Notes: generated by a model not told the origin, from the sequence alone. DNA of 64,000 bases from Candidatus Krumholzibacteriales bacterium (GCA_046483305.1 JAWODM010000004.1:32001-96000); one strand, 5' to 3'; shown: positions 1 through 9,920, counted from the first letter of the stretch. Numbers and translations are program-made.

Positions 1-1358
1 GTTATTCCTCATCCAATGAACTTTATAGAGAAATAGGCTCAGGGGACGGAACAGCAAGAACTGTTGACTGGAATCTTACCGCTCCGGTTAACCCGGATAA
101 CACGCCGGTGACTATTGAACTTGCCACAGGAGGGGTAGACGAAAACTCCGGTTTTACATTTACAGGCTGTTCAGCCGCAGAGGCGGTTGAAACCGAGCAG
201 GCGGCAATTCTGAATCTGGCAGCATCGATTACAGGACCGGATCAGGCCCTGGAAGGCATTCTTTCTCTCGGCTTGCCGTTCACTGTGGGCGCCAGGGTAA
301 CTAACAAGGGGAGCGCGGGGATAGATACATCAGGCGCCAGGCTTGAGATTGAAACCCCCGCGGGTTATACGGTAACGGGACAGAGCAGTAAACCTTTCTA
401 TCCGGGAGAGCCGGTATCCTGGAACCTGATGGCTCCGTCGGAAGTAACAAATCCTGGAAATATATATGTAAGATTCTCCGAACCGTATGCGGCCGACATT
501 AACAGCAATTCAGAGGCGGAAGCGGATACCGCTGAGGTATCGATACCGGTAAGAACCGAAGCCGGAAAGATAAGAATGTCAAATCTGTCATCCGATTCCA
601 TACCTCCCAGAGTAGTACCACAGGGCGCCCGGGATGTTCAGATGCTGAAGGTGGGATTCCTTAACGAGTCGGTCTACACGGTTGGGCTTGACAGTATATA
701 TTTCAGTATTTCAGGGAAGAACGGAAATATCCTGGATGATCCATCCAGAGCGGCAGACAGTATCAGCCTGGTAACCTCATCCCGGATATTCTCGGCGGCA
801 GTGGGCAATATCAATCCGGTTCCTGTGGCGGTTGACCACGCATTCACCATAGATTCTCTGAGCGCGGATACCGTGATGGTCTCTATGGATGTGGCGGAAA
901 ACGGAATGACCGGACAGATAATCCTTGAGATTGCGGGTAATTCTGATGTGGTATTTTCCATCGGGCAGGGGGCTGTCCCGGTGGGAATAAGCTGGATTGA
1001 GGGAGGGGATATAGCCGGTCATTTCAGAAACAGTCCCTTCAACGTTATGAGCGGTGAGTTCAAGGAATACGCCCATAATTATCCCAATCCGTTTATGGCG
1101 GGAACGGAAAATACCAGGATTACATACCTGCTGGAGGAACCTTCCGCGGTAAGTATAAATATCTATGATTATACCGGTATTCCGGTCTGGTCCAGGCAGA
1201 TAGAGGCTTCCGGGTCATCCGGCGGAGGCCCGGCATGGTACGAAGTAGAATGGGACGGCAGGAACGAGAACGGCTACCTGGTGAGAAACGGCGTCTATAT
1301 ATGCAAGATAGTGGCGGGAGGCAGAACGGCGGTATTCAAGATCGCTGTGACAAAGTAG
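1..1358 (+). CDS. Large secreted/surface protein with Ig-like repeats and C-terminal FlgD-like (T9SS CTD-like) domain; 5' truncated by window edge
   Basis: The frame of ORF 108..1358 is open back to position 3 (YSSSNELYREIG...). The C-terminus HNYPNPF...VSINIYDYTG...WDGRNENGYLVRNGVYICKI is the FlgD_ig/CTD pattern. Confidence 0.8.
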   Translation, partial: YSSSNELYREIGSGDGTARTVDWNLTAPVNPDNTPVTIELATGGVDENSGFTFTGCSAAEAVETEQAAILNLAASITGPDQALEGILSLGLPFTVGARVTNKGSAGIDTSGARLEIETPAGYTVTGQSSKPFYPGEPVSWNLMAPSEVTNPGNIYVRFSEPYAADINSNSEAEADTAEVSIPVRTEAGKIRMSNLSSDSIPPRVVPQGARDVQMLKVGFLNESVYTVGLDSIYFSISGKNGNILDDPSRAADSISLVTSSRIFSAAVGNINPVPVAVDHAFTIDSLSADTVMVSMDVAENGMTGQIILEIAGNSDVVFSIGQGAVPVGISWIEGGDIAGHFRNSPFNVMSGEFKEYAHNYPNPFMAGTENTRITYLLEEPSAVSINIYDYTGIPVWSRQIEASGSSGGGPAWYEVEWDGRNENGYLVRNGVYICKIVAGGRTAVFKIAVTK

Positions 1359-1364
1359 GAAAGT

Positions 1365-3257
1365 ATGAGGAACAGGAAATTGATAATAACCGCTATGCTG
1401 TTGACGGCATTAATCTGCCGGGGGGCGGCTGCGGCCGAAGGGGTGGGGGGAACCAGATCGGTTTTCATCCTCGGAGCCGGTTCCAGGGCTATATCGATGG
1501 GTGGAGCATTCTCGGCGATTGGTGACGATCCTTCAGTTATTTACTATAATCCGGCGGGGTTGAGGCTGAACCGCTACCGGGCCGTAACGGTAAATCATAT
1601 TCAGTTGTTTTCGGGATTTACCGATGCAAACTATGATTTTGTGGGGCTGGTCTATCCCACGCTTTCAGCAGGTTCACTGGGACTGGGTATAATGACCACC
1701 GGGACCGGGGGGATACGGGAATTTGACGAATACAGTGTGGAGACGGGAGAAATATCCTACCGGGAGAGCCAGGGGGTGCTGGGGTATGCCGCCAATCTTC
1801 CATTCGAATATTTTGGAAAGTTTACGGTAGGCACGTCGATAAAGTTCCTGAACCAGAGAATCGGCGATTATTCGGATAATGGAGCCGGGATGGACCTCGG
1901 AGTGATCTACAGGCAGCCTTATATAAAGGGGCTGACTCTGGGTTGCAATCTGCAGGATATAATAGGAGCGGAAACGAAACTGAGGTCCAGGATCGACAAA
2001 CTGGACAGAACTATAATGCTGGGGATAGGTTACTCGCGTGATTTCGGCAGTTCTGTAATAATGACCGCAGCCGCACAGATTGACATGCCGGAAAGAGCGG
2101 ATAATGATATCAGGTTCGGGCTTGAGTGCAGGATAAAGAATATAGTAAGTATCAGATTTGGATATGATTCCGAACAGCTGACCGCCGGTATCGGTTTTTC
2201 ATGGATGGGCTACTCTGCTGATTATGGGTACTTCAGCCGTGAAGAGGCGGGGAGTTCTCATCCGGTATCTCTCTCCATGAGATATGGAATGTCTATCGAC
2301 GAGAAGAAGGAACTGCGTGAGATGGAGAGAAGAATGGAGGATGAGGCCTACTTCCGGGAGGTTCTGGCAGACCGGGCCGGGAGGAATATGGAGGAGGCGG
2401 ATTCGCTTATATCGTCGGGAGAGCTTGACGAAGCTTATGATAAACTCAAACTGGTGCTTGAATACGATCCATCCAACCGGGAAGCGGCGGAGAAGATGTC
2501 AGAGCTGGAAGAAAAGATTCTGCGGAATCAGCAGAGCAGGCTCCGGTCCGCGGAGAAACAGTCCCTTCTGGATTATCATCTGAAGGCGGGCCTGAGATTT
2601 TACAGAAATAATGAATATGTTCAGTCAAGGGATGAATGGGAAGCGCTGCTGGAGCTGGATCCCGGGAACCAGCAGGCCATTGATTATCTTGAGAGGATCG
2701 GGGAAAAACTGGAAGAGAGGATCGAAAATTACAGGAAGCGGGCCAGAGATTATGAACGGCGGGGAATGCTGGCCGAAGCGCTGGACATCTGGAATATCAT
2801 AAAGGGGCTGGACCCCGGAGATAAATCGGCTCAGCGGGAGTATGACCGTATAAAGCGGGACATGCAGGAACTGAGCGAGGATTTTGACGCTACCAGGAAG
2901 AAGCTGGAGGTAATAGACATTTTCAACAGCGCCCTGAGCAGCTTCAATAATGGCGATTACTCTGAAACAGTAAATCTGCTTAACAGAGTGCTTGATCTGG
3001 ATCCGGATCACCGGGAAGCTACCAGGCTGATGCAGAGAGCGAAGAGAAGGCTAACTCCCCTCAATGAGAGTGAGAAAAAACAGATCAGGGACCTCTATGT
3101 GGAAGGGATGAAGTTCTTCAACCAGAAGAAGTTCAAATCCGCGATAGAGCTGTGGGAGAAGATACTGAAGATCAACCCCGAAAATGAAAGTGTAAAACAG
3201 AATATAGAAGAAGCCAGGAGAAGGCTGGATACGATTGATCAAAAAGAGAGCAATTAA
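1365..3257 (+). CDS. PorV/PorQ-family (FadL-like) outer-membrane barrel fused to C-terminal TPR repeats
   Basis: Signal peptide; GAGSRAISMGGAFSAIGDDPSVIYYNPAGL is the PorV/FadL N-terminal motif; alternating beta-strands to about aa 310; then TPRs (WEALLELDPGN, LNRVLDLDPDH, WEKILKINPEN). Confidence 0.8.
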   Translation: MRNRKLIITAMLLTALICRGAAAAEGVGGTRSVFILGAGSRAISMGGAFSAIGDDPSVIYYNPAGLRLNRYRAVTVNHIQLFSGFTDANYDFVGLVYPTLSAGSLGLGIMTTGTGGIREFDEYSVETGEISYRESQGVLGYAANLPFEYFGKFTVGTSIKFLNQRIGDYSDNGAGMDLGVIYRQPYIKGLTLGCNLQDIIGAETKLRSRIDKLDRTIMLGIGYSRDFGSSVIMTAAAQIDMPERADNDIRFGLECRIKNIVSIRFGYDSEQLTAGIGFSWMGYSADYGYFSREEAGSSHPVSLSMRYGMSIDEKKELREMERRMEDEAYFREVLADRAGRNMEEADSLISSGELDEAYDKLKLVLEYDPSNREAAEKMSELEEKILRNQQSRLRSAEKQSLLDYHLKAGLRFYRNNEYVQSRDEWEALLELDPGNQQAIDYLERIGEKLEERIENYRKRARDYERRGMLAEALDIWNIIKGLDPGDKSAQREYDRIKRDMQELSEDFDATRKKLEVIDIFNSALSSFNNGDYSETVNLLNRVLDLDPDHREATRLMQRAKRRLTPLNESEKKQIRDLYVEGMKFFNQKKFKSAIELWEKILKINPENESVKQNIEEARRRLDTIDQKESN

Positions 3258-6200
3258 TTGAAGAGAGACCGTATAAAGAAGAGAGAAGAATTCCATCTCA
3301 AAATCAAGGCTGATGAGAACAATCTCCATCAGGTAAGAGATTTTATCTCGGATATCTGTTCCAGGATAGGGTTCAGCCAGCGGGAGACCAACAATACCAA
3401 GCTGGCCGTGGACGAGGCCTGTACCAATATAATCAAGCACGCCTACGAAGGCGAATCCGGCGATATTGAAGTCAGAGTATATGCGGAACCGGGCAAAATT
3501 GATATCAGTCTCCACGACAGCGGACAATCGTTTGAATGGTCGGATGTGGAAGATCCGGACCTTGATGAGTATGTGAAGATGGGCAAAAAAGGCGGTTTGG
3601 GCATATACCTAATGAATCAGTTGATGGACGACCTTGATTATACCGCCTCCCCGTCCGGTAACAGCCTGTACATGTCCAAGTCTGTCTCAGAAGCAGCGGA
3701 AGGCAGAAAACCGATATTCGTGTCCATCAAACCGAAGTGGACTCAGACTCTGAGATTCAAATTCTTTATAAGAGCCTCGGCCGGGCTATTTATGCTGATG
3801 GTTCTTATAGGGGTATTCCAGTACATTAATCAGAGCAACGAAATGAAAAACAGTATGAACAAGGAATGGATGCGGATCAGGAATATTGCTTCAGCACTGG
3901 AGGACCGCAGCGAGAACGCTCTGGTCCGCATGGATCCTTACCACCCGGAGTACCGCAAAGTGGGGGAATTCATACATGAGACCATTGCCAAGAATCCGGA
4001 AATAAAATATATGAAGGTAATTAATAATGATGGGCTTATTGTTTCCTCAAGCGATGTTGATGAGTTTGAACAAAGATACAGGGTGCCGTCGGGAGCGGTC
4101 AAAATTAATCCGGCTGGCACCTGGATAGAGAAGAGCGCTGAAGGGGCGGAGTTGAAGGAACTCCACCTCCCGGTAGTGCTGTTGGAGAAGGATTCCGGAG
4201 GCACGGTTCAGATGGGAAGGGTGGTGGTAGGAGTGTCGTCGAGTCAGATCGCCATGGGAATAGAGGACAACAGATTAAGAACCATAATGATTATGGTGGG
4301 GGTGTTCTTTATAGGGATTGGTCTGATCTATCTTCTGATCTCCATATTTGTCAAACCCATACAGACACTTACAGATGGAGTCAGAGCCATCGGCGAGGGT
4401 TCGCTTCATGATGAACTCGAAGTGAACGGCCCGGAGGAGATCGGTGCTATTGCCAGAGCGTTTAATGATATATCCGCCAAGTTCCGGAAAGCTCAGGAAA
4501 ATATAGTGGAGCAGGAGAGAATATACAAGGAGATGCAGGTGGCCCAGGAGATTCAGCACTCCCTGCTTCCCCGGACGGTTCCCGAAGTAAGCGGTTACGA
4601 TATAGCAAGTTATTATAAGGCAGCCAAGGAAGTAGGCGGAGATTATTATGACTTCATGAATGTTGATAACGATACCCTTGGCGTAGTGGTTGCCGACGTG
4701 TCGGGTAAGGGCGTGCCGGGCTCTCTGGTTATGACGATGATCAGAACAGCGATGCGTATGGAGGCAAGAGGAAACCATTCAGCGGCTGATGTGATGTCGA
4801 GAATGAATGAATTTGTGATGGATGATATGAAGAAAGGTATGTTCGTAACGGTATTCTACGTAATTCTCGATTCCAGGAACAGGGTCATAAGTTATTCCAG
4901 CGCGGGTCATAATCCGATGATCCTGTTCAGGGCGGAAACCAGGGAAACATATTTTCTTAATCCCAGGGGTTTCCCGGTGGGGATTAACCTTCCTGATGAC
5001 AGGCTGTTCAAGAAATCGATAGACGTGGAGAAAATCAAACTCAAGAAAGATGATATGCTCATCATATACACCGACGGTGTGACCGAGGCGATGAACGAAA
5101 ACAGGGAGCAGTACGGGGAGGAGAGGCTGCTGAGCCTGATCAGGGAAAACGGCGACAAATCGCCGCAGGAGTTTATAGATAAAATGAATGAGGATATCAG
5201 CGGATTTACCGGGAATGAGCCTCAGAATGACGATATTACGGTAGTGTCGATAAAAGAGAAATATATGGCTGATGATGTTCTTTCCAGTCTCAGAAGGAAG
5301 CTTATCGACCTGGTCAGAATAGACGGGCTGACTGTTACCGAAGCCTGCAGGAAAATGAATGTTTCTCCCTCCACATATTACCGGTACAAGAAGAGGCTTG
5401 AACTGATGGGAGAGAGGGGCTTGAAAAACAAGTCTCTGAGAAGCGATCACGATATCAGGCGCCTCAGTAATGAACAAAGGGAAACTCTTCTTGAAATAAT
5501 AACGGAAAATCCCCGCTTCGGCCCCAAGAGGATTTCTGATCGAATCAGTGAGAGAAGGGGCAACGGAGGTTATGTAAGCCCCTCGCTGATATATGAAGAA
5601 CTCAAGAGAATGAGGCTTAACACCTTTGAAAAGAGGCTGGAATACCTGAGAAGGAATAATATTATCTCCAAGACCGAATTCGAAGAACTCAGGAAGGGAA
5701 TGGTATCCGGAGTCAAGTCTGATGAGACAGAACTTCAGGAGAAAGATCAGCGCCAGCCTGATGCGGTGCCGGAACAGACAGTTGACCGGGGGGAGGAGCC
5801 TGCCGTTGAAAGCCAGGCTGCCACCGAACTGGTTGAAGATGAGCAGTATCCGGAAGAATATTCCATTGTGACTATAGAGGAGAGTACTTACTCGGATGAT
5901 ATAGCTCTTCTGAAGGTATCGGGCCATCTGGATTCCTCATCTACAGGAAAGCTGGAGAAAGCCCTTGAGAAATTGCACGAAAGTGATGGGGCCAGAAACC
6001 TTATAGTTGATCTGGAAGATGTTTCATATATAAGCAGCGGAGGATGGGGATTATTCGTGGGAAGAGTAAAAAGCCTCAGAGAGAAGAAGGCAGATGTGGT
6101 CCTGGTCGGGATGAATCCTGAGGTATACGACGTATTCGAGCTTCTGGGATTCCAGGATATTCTGATGCAGTACCGCACCATCGAGGAAGCGGAAGAGTAT

Positions 6201-7490
6201 CTGTCAACACCATTCGCAAAGAGAGAAAAGAAGTTTAAACGCGGAACCGGCGCTGAAGAGGTGCGGAAAAAGAAGATATCTGATAGGGAAAGAGAAGCTG
6301 CCGGCATAGAATCTCCCCTTAAAATAAGTGTTGGTTCGGTAGGCAAAGAGGGTGAGATAAGAATTCTGGAGCTGGAGGGTATAGTAGATACGGTGAGCTG
6401 CGCGGAAATGCGCGACATTCTGGAGAAAATAATAGAAAAGGGCATTATCAGGATAATCGTCGATATGTCCAGAGTTGAATATGTCAGCAGCGCGGGGTGG
6501 GGAGTGTTCGCGGGGGTAATCGAAGATCTTAGAGACAGAGGCGGAGATATCAAAATATTCGGCATGGATGTAGAGGTATACAGAATATTCAAACTTCTGG
6601 AATTCGATAAGGTTATCCGCTCATTCAATATCATGGCCGAGGCGCTGGAGGATTTCGACACCATAACGGGCCGTCCCTCTGTAGAGAGCGCCCAGCCGGA
6701 GACGGAACCGGAGCATGAGACTGAGGAACCGGAAGACATCAGTTTCATGCACCGGATTGAAGAAGTCGAAAGCGGAACCAGCAGGGGATCCGTGTTGAAG
6801 GTTGAAGGCGCTATCGATGCTTCAACCACAGACAGTTTCGATAATCTCATTACCCGCTCCGGACTGAATGGGAACGATTTTCTTATTATAGATCTTGCCG
6901 GCGTAGTCTATATCAGCAGCGGCGGTTGGGGGGTTATTGCAAAACATGCCCAGGAATTAGCCGGCAGAGACACCAGCCTGGTTCTCGCGGGTATGAGCCA
7001 GGCCCTGGTAAAGATATACAGGGACCTTGGATTCGAACCGCTCATAGATAATTTTGTCGACCTGGAAAAAGCGAGAGAATACTTTGAGATAGAAAACCGG
7101 AAAGCCCCCGGGGAACCAGCGAAGCAACAATCGCCTGCCGGCGGGGAATCTGTACGGGAAGCTGGAAGTTCGGATTCTGCCACGGAATCCATGACTCCGC
7201 CACAGGGTGAGCCGGAGGAATCAGAGGAGCGGATCAGCTATTCTTCGGCAATTCCAAGGGAAAAGAGATTAAATGATATATCCGCAAGGGGAGCGGTCAG
7301 TTCCGATCCTGAAGATCAGCTTCCCGGAATTGATCAGGATTCATCCCCGGAAGATCTGAATCCGGATCGGGACAAGGTTGAGACTGCTGAGGATAAGGAC
7401 AGGAAGATCAGGGATCTGGGCTGGAAGGATTACGGCAGAAAACTGAAGCGGAAAAATGATAACGGCAGTAATAGAGGCGGAAAAGAATGA
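3258..7490 (+). CDS. Membrane partner-switching protein: RsbW-type kinase, TM, periplasmic domain, TM, HAMP, SpoIIE/PP2C phosphatase, HTH, 3x STAS
   Basis: Kinase motifs LAVDEACTNIIKHAY, DSGQSF, GGLGIYLM; two hydrophobic helices; HAMP (KPIQTLTDGV...EEIGAIARAFN); PP2C motifs VGGDYYD, ADVSGKG, SAGH, YTDGVTEA, DDIT; three STAS domains. TTG start lies directly after the upstream TAA. Confidence 0.88.
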   Translation: MKRDRIKKREEFHLKIKADENNLHQVRDFISDICSRIGFSQRETNNTKLAVDEACTNIIKHAYEGESGDIEVRVYAEPGKIDISLHDSGQSFEWSDVEDPDLDEYVKMGKKGGLGIYLMNQLMDDLDYTASPSGNSLYMSKSVSEAAEGRKPIFVSIKPKWTQTLRFKFFIRASAGLFMLMVLIGVFQYINQSNEMKNSMNKEWMRIRNIASALEDRSENALVRMDPYHPEYRKVGEFIHETIAKNPEIKYMKVINNDGLIVSSSDVDEFEQRYRVPSGAVKINPAGTWIEKSAEGAELKELHLPVVLLEKDSGGTVQMGRVVVGVSSSQIAMGIEDNRLRTIMIMVGVFFIGIGLIYLLISIFVKPIQTLTDGVRAIGEGSLHDELEVNGPEEIGAIARAFNDISAKFRKAQENIVEQERIYKEMQVAQEIQHSLLPRTVPEVSGYDIASYYKAAKEVGGDYYDFMNVDNDTLGVVVADVSGKGVPGSLVMTMIRTAMRMEARGNHSAADVMSRMNEFVMDDMKKGMFVTVFYVILDSRNRVISYSSAGHNPMILFRAETRETYFLNPRGFPVGINLPDDRLFKKSIDVEKIKLKKDDMLIIYTDGVTEAMNENREQYGEERLLSLIRENGDKSPQEFIDKMNEDISGFTGNEPQNDDITVVSIKEKYMADDVLSSLRRKLIDLVRIDGLTVTEACRKMNVSPSTYYRYKKRLELMGERGLKNKSLRSDHDIRRLSNEQRETLLEIITENPRFGPKRISDRISERRGNGGYVSPSLIYEELKRMRLNTFEKRLEYLRRNNIISKTEFEELRKGMVSGVKSDETELQEKDQRQPDAVPEQTVDRGEEPAVESQAATELVEDEQYPEEYSIVTIEESTYSDDIALLKVSGHLDSSSTGKLEKALEKLHESDGARNLIVDLEDVSYISSGGWGLFVGRVKSLREKKADVVLVGMNPEVYDVFELLGFQDILMQYRTIEEAEEYLSTPFAKREKKFKRGTGAEEVRKKKISDREREAAGIESPLKISVGSVGKEGEIRILELEGIVDTVSCAEMRDILEKIIEKGIIRIIVDMSRVEYVSSAGWGVFAGVIEDLRDRGGDIKIFGMDVEVYRIFKLLEFDKVIRSFNIMAEALEDFDTITGRPSVESAQPETEPEHETEEPEDISFMHRIEEVESGTSRGSVLKVEGAIDASTTDSFDNLITRSGLNGNDFLIIDLAGVVYISSGGWGVIAKHAQELAGRDTSLVLAGMSQALVKIYRDLGFEPLIDNFVDLEKAREYFEIENRKAPGEPAKQQSPAGGESVREAGSSDSATESMTPPQGEPEESEERISYSSAIPREKRLNDISARGAVSSDPEDQLPGIDQDSSPEDLNPDRDKVETAEDKDRKIRDLGWKDYGRKLKRKNDNGSNRGGKE

Positions 7491-8224
7491 AGAAATACGC
7501 CGTAATGACAATGAAGGGCGGGACCGGGAAAACTACCACCGCGGTGAACCTGTCCCATGGTTTATCACTGAGCGGAAATAAGGTTCTTCTGATTGACTGT
7601 GATCCCCAGAGAAATGCCTCAATCACCTTCGGCAGGAAAAGCGCCAGGGGGCTCTCCAGTCTGTTGAGGGGGCGGGATGTAGATATACTTGAAGTAAGGC
7701 AAAACCTCTTTCTCATTGATTCCGGGGGGCGGGACCTGGTGGAAGTGGAGCTGCTGCTGGGAAGAAATAAATTCAGGGAAAGAAGAATGCTGAAAGCGCT
7801 TTCGCAACTGAAAGGCTGTGATTACGTGATATGCGATTGCCCTCCTTCCATGAGCCTTATAAACATCAATGTTCTTACTTTCTGTGATCAGGTTATATTG
7901 CCGGTATCTCTTGATCATCTCTCACGGGCAGGGGTTGAGCAGACCATAAAGATGATTGATGAAGTAAAATGGGTTTCTGACAGGAAAGAAATAGATTTTA
8001 GAATACTGGCCACTTTTTATGACCTCAGGACTAATATTTCAAAGGAGCTTCTGAAGAAGATCAGAGAGGATTTCGGCGATAAGGTATATCAAACAGTAAT
8101 AAGAATCAATACCGCTCTCAGGGAAGCGCCCGGAGACGGGAAGACTATATATGAGCATTCACCGCTCTCAAGGGGAGCATTTGATTATTACAGGCTCACC
8201 GAAGAGATACTTAACGGGGGTTGA
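7487..8224 (+). CDS. ParA/Soj-family ATPase (no adjacent parB)
   Basis: Deviant Walker A KGGTGKTTT, LIDCDPQRN, DCPPS, IRINTALREAP; ATGA overlap with the upstream gene. Confidence 0.9.
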   Translation: MKKYAVMTMKGGTGKTTTAVNLSHGLSLSGNKVLLIDCDPQRNASITFGRKSARGLSSLLRGRDVDILEVRQNLFLIDSGGRDLVEVELLLGRNKFRERRMLKALSQLKGCDYVICDCPPSMSLININVLTFCDQVILPVSLDHLSRAGVEQTIKMIDEVKWVSDRKEIDFRILATFYDLRTNISKELLKKIREDFGDKVYQTVIRINTALREAPGDGKTIYEHSPLSRGAFDYYRLTEEILNGG

Positions 8225-8351
8225 AAGTTAAGTATTTAATAGAACCGGGGATTGTATTATTATACTATAAGAAGGAATTTCATGCCGGGATTTCGCAAGC
8301 ATAATCAGTTGCCTTTACTGACAGAGCAAATATTACCGGAGTGACGAAGAG

Positions 8352-9479
8352 ATGGCTGTTGAGAATTTCGAATTGAGAGAAGAGGTAAAGCGGGGAAAGG
8401 AGAACTATTTTCTTCATACTACTTTTCAGCCTGATGATGAGTTAATAAGAACCCGGTTCTATAAACAGGGCCAGTGTTTTAACACGGAAATCAGGGCGCT
8501 TGACCCGGGGCTGGAAACAGGAGACGAGGCGGTAGGGGCCGCAAAATCATTTCATAATAAGAACAGGGACGATTTCATTCTGCTCCTTGATACCCGCGAA
8601 AAGATAAGAAGTTCCGAGAGAAGCAGTGAACATATCAAGATGGCAAGAGCCCTATACCTTAAGAATCTGTTTATGGAAGCTATCGAGGAGGCGGAGGCGG
8701 CTATAGAGAAGGGAGAACAGGGCGCAGAACCTTATAAGATTATAGCGGATGCGCGGTTCGGCCTTGATCAGCTGGATGACGCGATGAAAGCGGTTGACCG
8801 GGGCCTGAAATTGACTGACGGCTATCCCGATCTGTACAACCTGAAGGGAAAGATATACCTGCGCAGGGACCAGTGCAGACAGGCAATGAAATCTTTCAGC
8901 AGGGCTACGGAAATAAACTGTTATTACGGTGAGCCGTACCTGAATATTCTGCGCGCATACGCCCGGAATTCCCTGATAAAACAGGATTATGAACTTTCCC
9001 GCGACATGAAGAAGGATTTCGGCAAATACCTCGATAAGGCCGCTTCATTGAACCCCGGCCTGAATGCGAAAACGGTGAGGCGTATCAAGCAACTTGCGGG
9101 GGAGGATGATTTTGAGGGGGTCCTGGAACAGCTTCAGGCAGAAGGGCTCAAGAACGGGAGCAGGGATGTTGATAACGTAATTATTTCTCTGTACATAACT
9201 CTGCTCAGAAGCGGAACCGGAATAAATGAGGAGGAAATAGATCATTATCTGGGGAAAATTGAGAAATTAATAAACCAGAATCCCAATTATCCCGATCTTT
9301 TCAATTCTCTGGGAGTCCTGTATGTCGCCAAGAGCAAGGTAATAATGGATAAAGCCGGCCGGGCCTTCAATCAGGCGTTGGAAATAAACAGTGATTACGA
9401 AAAAGCAAAGAGAAATATACGGCTCAGCGACAACGAAAGACAGGGAATTTTTATACTGTTAAAGGCGTTATTGGACTGA
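8352..9479 (+). CDS. Tetratricopeptide repeat protein
   Basis: TPR motifs YPDLYNLKGKIY and NPNYPDLFNSLGVLY...FNQALEINSDY. Confidence 0.8.
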   Translation: MAVENFELREEVKRGKENYFLHTTFQPDDELIRTRFYKQGQCFNTEIRALDPGLETGDEAVGAAKSFHNKNRDDFILLLDTREKIRSSERSSEHIKMARALYLKNLFMEAIEEAEAAIEKGEQGAEPYKIIADARFGLDQLDDAMKAVDRGLKLTDGYPDLYNLKGKIYLRRDQCRQAMKSFSRATEINCYYGEPYLNILRAYARNSLIKQDYELSRDMKKDFGKYLDKAASLNPGLNAKTVRRIKQLAGEDDFEGVLEQLQAEGLKNGSRDVDNVIISLYITLLRSGTGINEEEIDHYLGKIEKLINQNPNYPDLFNSLGVLYVAKSKVIMDKAGRAFNQALEINSDYEKAKRNIRLSDNERQGIFILLKALLD

Positions 9480-9523
9480 ACTTTGCAATAAAACTTATTG
9501 AGGTTTAATAAGGCAGTTTTCTT

Positions 9524-9895
9524 ATGAATGAATTGCAAATTGAAGAAGAAATTATCAAGGGAGTGGTGGTTATAAAGCTTTCCGGGCTGGTTGATTCCGC
9601 CAATTCCCATTTGCTGGAGAAAAAATTGAGTGAACTGATTGATCAGGGCCACGTCAAGCTTGTATTCGACCTGAGTGATATAGATTACATCAGTTCGGCG
9701 GGTTGGGGTATATTCGTAAGCGAGATGAAGGGTATAAGAGAAAAAGATGGCGACCTTAAACTCTCAGGGATGGCTCCGGATGTGAGAGATGTTTTTGAGC
9801 TTCTGGAGTTTGATTCCCTGCTGACGCCATATGATGATGTCAGTGAGGCAATTATAGATTTTGACGTAGAAAAGAGCAACGATTACGTGGAATAA
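9524..9895 (+). CDS. STAS-domain anti-sigma factor antagonist (RsbV/SpoIIAA-like)
   Basis: VIKLSGLVD...LVFDLSDIDYISSAGWG...GDLKL...VRDVFELL. Confidence 0.9.
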   Translation: MNELQIEEEIIKGVVVIKLSGLVDSANSHLLEKKLSELIDQGHVKLVFDLSDIDYISSAGWGIFVSEMKGIREKDGDLKLSGMAPDVRDVFELLEFDSLLTPYDDVSEAIIDFDVEKSNDYVE

Positions 9896-9920
9896 GGAAA
9901 GTTAAGAGGGTGGAACTACA

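Noticed and set aside
5301..5648. Active IS481 insertion inside the phosphatase gene
   Set aside because: No DDE integrase domain, terminal repeats or frame disruption; treated as a fused domain instead.
4779..6850. Long minus-strand ORFs (382 and 320 aa), and similar ones at 19956-20984, 28049-28900, 56687-57769 and 63446-63961
   Set aside because: Antisense shadows of well-supported plus-strand genes, with no recognisable motifs.
9472..9487. Possible sigma54 site TGGACTGAACTTTGCA before the STAS genes
   Set aside because: Spacing is correct, but the -24 box deviates from TGGCAC and it overlaps the upstream stop codon; too weak to call.
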